A stretch of 64,000 bases of DNA from Phoronis australis. Its lineage: Eukaryota; Animalia; Phoronida. Position 1 is the stretch's first letter. Every line of letters starts with the position of its first letter. Under the pieces are notes generated by a model. It saw only the letters and a list, made by a program, of their open reading frames with translations, had not been told where the DNA came from and made no database searches. Both the position numbers and the translations under genes were made by a program. The stretch lies in the NCBI GenBank assembly GCA_002633005.1, contig NMRA01000028.1, forward strand, positions 1,334,753 to 1,398,752. Direction: 5' to 3'. This document shows positions 1 through 11,500 of the stretch, piece after piece.

Positions 1-649
1 GAAATATCTCTTGTTTCTGCTAGTTTGATCACGTCACAGCGCACTCGGTCCGGCCGTTGACAGACCGGACCAAGTAAACCTGCAAGTAAAACTGCAGTGT
101 ATTGAGCCGCAAAAGTTGGTTAATATCTCTCTTGTGAAAAGCAGATGAAAATATTAAAGTAAGATGTGAAATCTAAATGTTTGATTCGTGGCGTTGTGTG
201 TAATATTGGGTGCTCCCATCCCACCTGGCTGACCGGTGACCCTTGCAGTTGCTTATGGGTACTCTATTTCCTGTTCAAAAGATTAAAATAAAGATTTTTG
301 TCGGCCAGAGTTATTTTGGCGCCACATGCTCATAAAAATGAAATCTTATTTAAAAAAAAAAAGTATTTGGTGGAACCGTTCATATTATAACACTATGGCA
401 AACATTCAGGTATCAACGGTACCTTGCAACTCGGTCGGAGGTATCTACTTGGTCTGCGAGGTCCGACCATGTAAGCCGACCAAGTTAACTTGGTCGGGTG
501 GCCTACTTGGTCTGCAACAGATAAAATAGTTTTGTAGGTGGAAAGAACTTGGTTTTACACAGATTACGTATGTTGTACACTTTAGACCAGATGTTAACAC
601 GTGAGTTGACTCTCCACTAAGAAGAAACACAACTAGGTAAATGAAACAA

Positions 650-2468
650 GAACCCGAGCCAATACATAATTTATTTTAATACACAATTCTTATCATGCTT
701 TAAATAAATAAGACGTACACATAGATTTCACAAGTCTTTTGATGTGGGGTGTTGACCCTATGTCCATTCATAGTAAAGCTGCAGACTTTCACACAGTCCA
801 CATTAAATGTGCAACATGTACTTTCAATTTCACAAATAATCTTTGAGAATCCATTACCTTATCTTGAACCCTAAATCCTAAAAATGCTCAAAATTAGAGA
901 CTAGGAAAACCAATAGCACAAAATACACATGGAAGAATGGCCTCTAGACAAGTACATGTAACTGCAAACAGTTTAGGGAGCCCATGAAATATCGCCTTCT
1001 TGAGGTTACATCATCCCAAGAACACGACCCTTTTGCAGGCATCAACACCATAAACCCTTTTGTATGGTTTCTTAGATTCTTGTCCTTGAACTTGTGCACA
1101 AGCCTGAAGCAGCACAAGAAGAGATGTCACAATGTCAAATATGAATAGATTTGTGAAGTTGGAAAATGGAAAAATTTGTAGTTTTGAACTCCCAAGGCGA
1201 ATCCTGTCAGAGAGAATTAAAGGTACCCTTTCACAAGCAAAGTGAATACCTTTCGTCATGACAAAAGCTCCCTTCTGAGCAGCAAGTCCTGTACAACAAT
1301 TTTATGTGAGAATTCCTTCTATTGGACAACCATATTTCTCAGCAAGAGGTTGACAATAACCCCAAAACACACCACAAACCTGGTAACTGGGTTCAACAGT
1401 TTAAGGTAATTATATACAACCAGAAAACAGAAAAATACTTCAGCTCGCCAAGTGGCAAGAAGTTTGACTACTAATTTAGAAGCACTGGAAGACAAAGCTA
1501 GACATGGAAAGGCACCTTATACCCAAACATGGCAGTAATTCGAAATACGAAACAGTGTAGTTCCAGCTGAATGACTCAATTCGCCATTCTACCACAACAT
1601 TCTAAACTAACCAATCATATTTAGGAAATGAAGCATGCCACACATGCTCAGTGAGGCACTAAAAAGGGCAACTCCTCACCTATTTTGCACAAAAACAAAG
1701 GTCTAAATTGTTACTTAATGGAAAACTGTTTTTTGGTGTCTACACAGTACATACCAAACTAATTATAAACTAACATTTTCTTGAGGCAACTCTTCACTTA
1801 TTTCACACTTAACTTATCACCAAAATTGTCATTTTTCAAAAGCCAGTTTATAATACTTTGCTACAAACCTCGTTTTCTGACATCACGCAGTACAAACCAT
1901 GATATAATGGACTAACATTTCATGATCTTTATTTTTGTGGATAAATTTGACAAAATAGAATTTTAGTCGTAGACCATATTATGTGAAGAAATACTATACC
2001 CTTTAATTTTGTTGAAAATTTGACAAAACAACATTTCACTTGTCTGCCATAATGCGTGACAAATAGGTTAAGAACTACGGTAACACAAATATGGAGAACA
2101 ACATGAAAAACAAACACTATCACAGAAATCAGATTCTGACAATACAAACTCTCTGGTATGCAAATGAAGTCAGATAGTTAATGGGTGTTCCAGGCCCCTA
2201 CAGAGAATTTCTTACCCATAATTCCTATGGTCAACTGTAGCACCCGCATATTTACAACCACCAATAAATGCATTAGATAAACATATCTGCTTGATACACA
2301 GGACAGGATGAACACAAGATGGGACAACCAACGAATCAGTTACTGTGTACAGTTCCCAACGAATCATATGATGTATCAGAACTCCATCAATGTTCCCAGG
2401 ACACCAAAGGTTACTCAACGATTGCCAATGCTGGCCAGAAGACAGTTTTCTCCACATTCCGTTTTAAC
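650..2468 (-). other. Probable ~1.8-kb 3' UTR of the RhoGEF with a candidate polyadenylation signal
   Basis: Minus-strand AATAAA near 670-675 followed by GT-rich sequence; another AATAAA near 1928-1933. The end is inferred. Confidence 0.4.
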
Positions 2469-2545
2469 TTAAACCATGCTCTCCTCGGGGGGAAAGTAAG
2501 ATTTATTGCCGCCAGACAAGCTTGTCTTACTACCAACGGCAGAGT
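2469..2545 (-). CDS. MCF2L: Terminal coding exon (DSAVGSKTSLSGGNKSYFPPEESMV*)
   Basis: Strong tttttttgtttcag acceptor, phase 1, TAA stop at 2469-2471. Confidence 0.78.
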
Positions 2546-5500
2546 CTGAAACAAAAAAATGCATTGAAACTTTGGAATCTCAGAAACAATTAGAGACATT
2601 CAAAAGAAATTCTGTTGTCATTCTTTATGTGCAGCGCACAGCAAAAAGTAACAAGAGCTAAAACTACAAAAGACAAGAGCGTTCAAGTACATGTTCCTAT
2701 AATGACATGTACTTCTGTATTCTTTCCATGATTGTTCGGGAGCAGGGAGGAGCACTGTTTTGGCATCCCAAAATTGTTTTACCGAAATTCAAATTTGCCT
2801 ACTCACGGGTTTTTGAAAGCACGTATAGTTTCACTTTAAATGTTCATGTAACACTCACCAATGCTGCTGTTCGAGTCGGAGGACTTGACAAGTTCCAGGT
2901 AGCTAGCAGGAGCCCAGCCCATCTGATGAGTGCGGTGAACTTTGACATACCACCAGCCACCATCACCAACACTAGTGACCTCTACTGTATCACCTTCCTT
3001 CAACGACACTTCGCTAGCATCCAAGCTGGCATAGTCCGCTAGAACTTGATAAGTGGGTATGTGGCCCTGTAAAGATGAGAGATATTAGACCATCGAAGAT
3101 GAGAGAAAATGTTGAGGATTCCCAACTTCCATCCTGAAATATCGAAATTTAACAAAAATCTTTTCCACGAAGGGTAATGGCAGAGTGAGTTAACACTCAC
3201 ACTGATTACATTTAAGATGTTCTTAGACTAATCCTTTCCTTCACCAAAAACCTCAAGTTTCAATAAATACATTTTTGAGATTTTTTAAAATTCTGCTAAC
3301 AAAATTCAGGACTCAGGTCACAAAATGCAAAGCATAAGACGTCAGCTAATATCTGATGAGCAAAATCACTCAATTAAGGTCTTCATGGGACAAGACAATG
3401 TGCCATCCTCAAGGAAAATGCAGGGTCTGGCACCAAGAAAAAACTAAGTAGTGTGTAACTTGGAAACGTGACAACAGTGTTTACAAATATTACAACAACT
3501 TAAGTATATCACTGTAGCTGGGCATAAACACACTCTTCTAACAGTTACAGTATTTTTAGCATTGCTAAGACTGGCGAAAGACAAGGATCCAATTTTGACA
3601 ATCCACCATTCAAAACTATTCATTTCTTGTCCTCAAATTCAAATCTTCACAACCAATGAAATACTGAACTATTTCAAAAAAAAAAAGGTTTACGTACCCC
3701 AGTTTCATCATATCCTGCAGCGGGTACTTGTTCCTGACTGGACACAGACTGCGTCGAGTCGTTGTCACCTTGTACCTTGACATCATCGTCAGTGTTGGAG
3801 AACTCATCACTGGACCACCCATCGTCAGACGACACTGCAGATTTGCCGTCGTCAGGAGCAGATCGTGATGTGACAGGTGCATTGACACAGCTCTCGTCGC
3901 TCAGTGCTAACAGTCTGCGGGTTGGAAGATTTATTACAAAATATGACAAATTTTCTTCATCAAAATAATAATTACGGAAATTAACAAAGCAAAAGGGATT
4001 GCTAGGAAAATGTTGCTGCAGACATTCTTCTGATTTTCTACGATGTTATACATTATTACTTCTGTATTTGGTTAGAATGTAGCAAAAGGCAAACAATAAC
4101 AAGGACATCTAACCTAATGTACTTTGATCACCTAAAAACAATATGTTTTATACATTCCAAACAGAGAAAAATTAGATTATATGCTGTTGTATAAAATAAG
4201 AAATTATTTTAACATATTGAAATTTGTTATGATCTGTTCACTCTCTACATTAGTGCAACAATCTCACTAAAGAGAACTGCAAAACTGCTCAAACTGAAGA
4301 ACTTATACAAACAACCGATATGGGTAGAAATTTTGCAAAACTTTTCCAATGTCAAACTTACCGTTGACTTATTTGATTCGACAAACCCCCAGTTGAATTG
4401 TGTCGACCAGCTGAAAAATAGAACCAGATTTGTGATTTTGGCGGATAATCGTGCTCAGTTTTCCACTCAACAGTTCTGCGACAATAGGTGTCACTGATGT
4501 TAAGCATAAATACTTGCTGATACTAAACACAACAATATTTTTGAATTACAATGGGAAATGTTCAAGTCGCTAAACCATGACTGATCACGTGGAATGGGAT
4601 ACTAGCGGCCTCCATAGGAAATGGAGACAATTTATAACCTCCGTTTAAATCCCTATAACAAAACATGTCTAATCGCATACACGGTAAAAAGCTCTTTTCA
4701 CAAACTTAAAGTCATAATGTTCCTCTATTCCACCCACTGGCAAGAAGAAGTACCTGCTGGTACAGTCATGTGGCGATAAGAATCACTCGTCATGTGACCA
4801 GCTCCTATTGCTTCCTGATTGTCTTCCATTAAAATACAAGAATAATCTAATATCTCCTAGGGTTAAATAACAAACTTTTAAATGAAATGTCTTGGCATCC
4901 AAAAACCCACAGGAGGAGTGTTACCTTTGATAGCCTCATACTGTGTCATTAAAACATCTTTTATCTGTTTCACCCAGGCAGTCTTGACTACCTCACTAGG
5001 AGCCTGTAACATAACAGTATTATAATTACTACCTCACTAGGAGCCTGTAACACAACAGAATTAGAACTACTGAGCAATACAAAGGACATTCCATGGCTAC
5101 TTCATTCCTTCTTATTTTAAGTTGTTTTTAACTGTCTCCTAAACTTTGCTGTGTAATGTATTTTCAAGTCGGTATGAGATCTGTAGTGAGCATGTGTGAG
5201 TTGTCAAGTTGCTTTCACTGACAACAGATTTTGCTTTGCCCTTTGACCTTTTCTAAGTGTTTAAAGCCAAGTTCAGAAAAAAAACTTTGACACAGAGCAA
5301 ATATTGTTTCCATTAAATTCTATCATATCAGTTTCCACTCAGACAGCCATTTCCCTAAGTGTTGTCATGACGATCATGGCACTCCAATCAGCACCCACAA
5401 TAGATAAAGTGCTGGTAGAGTTAGGTTCTGATCCTTCCACTACTTTCCACAGAAGCAGGTTATTGATACAGACCAAGGGCTCGTTCCAACAAAACTGACT

Positions 5501-8500
5501 TAGCTAAGACAAATCTTAATTTTTAGTAAATTTTAAGACAAGGCTTAAATTTGTCTCGATACCGAAAGAGATCTTAAGCTGCTTGAATTAAGTTTTTGAT
5601 AAAAGTTTTGTCTTAATTTTAACTATCTTACCGGATGTAGAAATTTCAAAGTATGGAAGTTAAGACAAATCTTAGACATAAGTCAAAAATGAACTTAAGT
5701 TAGTTTCTTGGAACGGGCCCCAAGTCAATGACCTGGTATAACCTGCTTCAGCACAAAACAGGCCACAACTGACATCATGCAGGGTCAAATTTTCGTTCAC
5801 TGTGACTGGAAAATATGTGGGAACATCTTATCATTTTCCATAATGTTTAAGTTGTTAAAAGGGGAATTACGCACTATGTTACAAAAAGTGATTTTATGTA
5901 AATCAAGTGGTTATCTCTTAAAACTGTAAACTTTAATAATTTGCATGCAGACAACTCAGCAGGATAGTCTAGACATGCGACTAAACTGCATACATTGACT
6001 CCAATGTCCAATCAACAATTAATATTGTGAAACAACACAACCAATAACACTAACCTGCAGGGTAAACACCTCAACTCGTCCGTGAAGCCACAGCTCAAAC
6101 TTCCTCGGATCACTCTTAAGGCCCTCTGTAAGACCAATCTGTGCTGTCTAGGATAAGGAAAATGTACAATTAATGACATGAATTCTGGTGACGTTAACTC
6201 ATTGTTGTTTCAAACAGGGTAACATCGCAATGCACAGCTTATGTATAGTTCAAGGCAACAAGGTGATCCACCGTTCTGACATCAATGTCTACAGGATTGA
6301 TGCATTTGACTGCACCTCATCATTGACATGACTGTCTCAATAGGTTACTAATTGTCATCTAAATCTTGTAACGTTTCACTGCAGGTGAATGAAATCACAG
6401 TCAAATCTCTCAGTCATACAAAGCCAGTCGACCACTCCATGACTGCTTATCCCTCTCTTACCTTACCATAAAACTTAATATGTAAGTAAAATTAAAACTC
6501 ACAATTTCTCCCTATCAATATTCACAATTTGGACAGCTTTGCTAAAATCAGACACACTGGGACTTTTCAAAAGTGTCACATTTTGGCACAACTTTAATTA
6601 CATGGTAGTACTGGAGGGAAATCTGGGAGGGAATGACACCAACCTTTAACCACCTCATTTAAGTCTCGTCTAGTCAAAGTACTGCACCAAGGCCCCAACT
6701 GTGTATTTTCTCCACATACTACTAGGTGGCAACAGATGTCACCAGTTCCATGTGACCAACCACTCTAGTCATACCAGCATCTACAATTATTTACCAACAC
6801 TGACCTATTTCTACAGTGCTCACCTTTAAAGCATTCTTGAATATATAGGACACATTTTCAGCACTCTGCTGGTCCTCTTTCCGTTTACAGAAGAGAACCA
6901 TCTTTTCATACAGGAAAACATGTCTCTGCATCGGCTTGAACCTAAGGTCTTTGATCTTTGTCTCCTTGTGTTCTGTCCACACCTGAAACGCCCCCTGCAT
7001 CAGTAGTCGACCCTGGTCCGACACATTACCGTGGTAACCTGTGATGGCAACCTGGTGCATCAGGTCATTAACATATTTCAACACGCTCAGCATGGTGTCC
7101 AGAGCTTCCTTTAGTTCACTACTTCCGGCGGCTTCACCCGAATACTTAAGCATCTCCTGCAAAAAAATTCTGACTAAAAATCCTTCGAAATTTACTATAT
7201 ACTGGTAATTAATTACTACATAATGGTAATTAATTACTATATACCAGTAATTATTTACTATATACCGATAATTATTTCAAAGTCAACAAAAGAGGCAAGT
7301 TCTAACATTCTACCAATGAAGTTACACCTATTTATTCGCCTGTCTCAAAATAATAAACAAGATGTTTATGAAACAAAGAAGCAATGACATCATCAGCATG
7401 TTCCAATACACAACACACATACACATGACCAGAGGTTGATTGATATCCGTTGTGAAAAAGAAAAACAGAAGTAAAATGAAGTGCTCTTGCTATGGAAGTC
7501 GGAATGAACCAACTACGAACTCTACTATGTGTTTAGTCAAGGAACCAGTCAGTCTTGAACAGTAGTTCCCAAGTTGGGAAATCATTTCTCACTAGAAAGA
7601 ACAAGTTGAGACCAAGTTTAAGCAGTAAGCACTACAACACAAAAGTGAAATGTTTTTGACACTGAAAATTGCCAGCAACCTGTACATTGGAGCTTTAAAC
7701 ACTTTATTGGGAGTCTATGATCATTATATTTATTTGACATTATCACTACTCAGAAACTCTAGAGGAGTATGTAGATAATATTTATTTATGTGACCTGGTT
7801 CTGCCCCACTTTCCATGTAAACAATTTTACTTAATGGACAAAGTACTTGAAATATGAACAAAAGATATTCTTGGAGACAGGAAATTGCCAAGAGGTGAAC
7901 ACTGGGACCTCAGCTGATAACAACAGAAAACACTAGTAGGTTACCCAGCAGATATGGCCGATTTGAAATTAACAAATAAACACAAAACGATTAAGAACCC
8001 AAGCAAAAGCTTTTCCAACCTAACACAGCTGACTTTGATCCAAACGGCAATATGATAGAAGCACTTCTTTAGTTATTTACTCCACTGAAGTGCTCAACAC
8101 AACTGGGAAAAATCTATATCATTTTTCATAATCTATTTATCTCAGTGAATGTAAACACAGGGTTCAGATATTAAACTGTTGTCAAAATTTGATAAATAAA
8201 ACAGAATTGTAGAATAATTGTAATAAAAATTTAAGTGATCATCACAAATGAAGGGTTCTTATTGTTGTTGAGTAAGAAAGAAATGCACCAAAAACTTGCA
8301 TACTCAGCAATGGTGTACTTTTGTATCCTCTTTAATGGACAACTTGATCTTAAAAGTTGATTCGAACCCCACACACCATGGTGCCAATGAATGTGACCAG
8401 ATACAAGGTGGATATCTGTAACCTGTAAGGTCAGAGGTCATGCATGTCTACCAAGTGTTTCTTGTAGAGCACTCCTGTTTCCAGCAGGTGAACAAGTCCA

Positions 8501-11500
8501 GGTTTTACCACAGACACATGGACACCCTGCTTTTAATTTGTTTCACTGTCAGAAAACAAGTGGTATGCAGCAAAAAGTATACACTCCGTTGTTGGCAAAA
8601 GCCCTACAAGCCCTGAGTACCAGTCAAACCAATTACAACAAGCATCAGTGGCCACAACACGTCAGTGCTGATGATGTCATTCAAGCAGGCTTACAACAGC
8701 TGCTGGTGTAATCAAGATATACTTAAAAGACATATTGACTGAACCATGTGACAAGCACCAACAGGAAACATTCACCCTCACTCTTCTAATACACAAGGTG
8801 CCAGTCAAGCCAATGTAGGATGGCTGCTGCTCAGTTTATACTGTTCACCAGACTAACAACTCTACTTCTGCTGGTGTTTGCATCACACTATGTGGCGCAG
8901 GACACCAGAGCTGGCACCAGGGGATGCGTGTTTCAAGATGGCAGCCATTTGTACCGCCTTCAGTCTAGTGACGACGGAAACTGCCCCAGTCCCATAGATT
9001 TGCAAAGAAACTTGAACCACTTGAACGACTTTGTGCAAAGACAGGTGTATGCCGTGGAAAGCAAGATGGCGGAGATTCATAATACCTACACACCTTCATT
9101 GAGAGAACTCCACCAGCAAATAGCTGAGATCAAGCATACTCAACATGTAAGTACAACACGAAACTTTGAATGCGGTGATTGCGAACATTCATTGAATAAA
9201 GTGAGAGTAGCATTTAATATCCTTATTCATATTGGAAGACATGAAATATATCATCAAGAGAACATTGGGCACCAACTATAAAACAGAACTGGCAATGTTT
9301 TAGTCACCATGTCTAGTTATACTAATAGTATGTTCATAATATTGAAGATATGTTACAAATTGACCTTTCCTTTCACTATCTAGGTCAGTAAAAACTCTCC
9401 TCAAAACACAGTATCAGGTGCCCCAAGTAGCTAATGGCTCAAAAAACAGGCAGACCGAAGTTTTGCTAAATACCAGTAACATTTGCTTTTACTGCAGGCT
9501 ATGGCTTTGCTGGAATGTTGTTGCTATGCTAGGGACATTCTATTTGCAAGTGTCTGTGAATTTGTGGAGTTGGCCAATTCCAAGCAGCAGGCAATGATAT
9601 GAGTCATCTAGTCATGTGACATGTTTTTTATACTTTCAACAGCTGCAGGAACTGGTTATGAGGACACAGAACCGATTGCTGCAAAGGTTACAAGGTTAGA
9701 TTGAATTATTGATCATATAAATAAAAAATGTTTGAATAAGATTACCACAGAAATTTCTTCCAACTCAGATAAGAATTTTTAAATTTCTCACACAATCAAC
9801 TGCCAATCAGCACTATCTATTGATCATCTTTTAATTTATTTAATTTTTGCAAGCTCTTTAGAAGACACATTCACAGTTAACCGTAAATTTACTATAATTG
9901 CAACACAAATGCTTAACTTACTTTAAAAAAATCAAACTGAAATTTCTAGAAATTCGTCAAATTCTCAACTACTGAGAAATTATTGAAAACAAAGAACAGA
10001 AAAATGTTACGATGACATTCTGACACTTTCTTCTGGTTCTTCAAGGTTTCACGGCCACTGGAACCAGTTGTAAAGGAAACTATGTTCAAAACGGGACATC
10101 TTGCTACAACTTCGTAGAGCATGCGAGCACCTGGTTCGATTCAGAGGCATTCTGTATGTCACAGGGTGCACACCTCGTCGCCATAGAAACCATGGCAGAG
10201 AACAGTTTCTTGAACAGCTACCTGATGGCAAACCCAAGTAGGTATTTATTTCACAATGTGTTTTCATTTATCCAACAATCTCTAGATTTTCCACAACACA
10301 ACTCTTTCCTCTTATCATAACCATTCAAAACAAATCACAGTTGCCCTTCTTAAATTATAAATACATTTAGAAAGTTTTCTGATGCAAGTATACAACAAAG
10401 CATTTTAACTTTATTACACTGCTTTAACTTGTATAACCATTAGGCCAAGTTATTGCAAATTTTTCAACAAACTACCAATAGGGGGAGTACATGTAGTCAA
10501 AAATCCTCTCAGCATGTACAGAGCAATGACAGAATTTCAGCAACTAATGCTACACTTCATACCAGTTTTGAGAGGCCTTTCAAACTATTACCAACCTTTA
10601 CTCTAACCTCATGTTTTAGGATATAAGATTTACAACTGGTGGACAGGAGGAAATGACGTTGAGGTCGAAGGACAGTGGAGGTGGTTAGGTACAGGTGAAG
10701 AGTTTACGGTATCAAAGTGGGCCCCTGGTGAGCCAAGCAATAGTGGCGTGGACACTGACGGAAATGCAGGTAGCGAACAGTGTATGTGGATGCACGCTTC
10801 CCTTGATTGGAATGACGCTCGCTGTGAGTCTAGAACTTACTTTATATGTGAAATGGAGTTACTGCAGACGACCAAGGATTGATAATGAGGCTGCAAGATG
10901 GCTGACAAAGGATATTCTATCATTACTGCAAGACTCTTAACTAGAAGGCAATGACAGCCATGGTACACTGACTTACTGTATCTGTTGAAGTCTTTAGGTA
11001 GTACTGGGCTGAGTACTGAGGAATGCACCTTGCATTTGCAGTGAAAAATCCTCATTTATGAAATGGAAACAGTAAATTCAATCCCAAAATTTATTAATTC
11101 TGTAGCTCATCCTCACAGACTTATCACTTCAGTGGCTGCCATTTTGCTAGAACAGGCTAGAAATAGTAAATTCACTAGCCTACTCGGGGAAATATTCACG
11201 TTTTGCAAAATCTTGCTTTTTTGAAAAAACCTAGGTCTATAGAAAGTTCTCCTGTATATCATGCTTTTGACGCTTGGTCCAACAGCTGTAGTACAACACA
11301 CCATTGTGTGAATAGGGATGCAAGGCTATTCAAACTGTAGTATAGTAAGTAATCCCATGTTTAGCATACAATAAGGTAAAAATGACAGAAAATACAGATT
11401 AAGACAAATTAATCTATAGCACTTGACCTGTACATCTGATAGAGGTTCTATCATCTGGAGTAAGGTAGTCAGAATTTGAAAAATGAAAAAAGATATTTTT

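Noticed and set aside
2707-3968. Plus-strand ORFs 2707..3042 and 3762..3968 (likewise 18188..18394 and 46869..47102)
   Set aside because: Antisense shadows of real minus-strand exons.
9147-9281. C-terminal 44 aa of the 153-aa ORF 8820..9281 as a single-exon protein
   Set aside because: Read-through past a consensus GTAAGT donor; the spliced frame yields a full CTLD.
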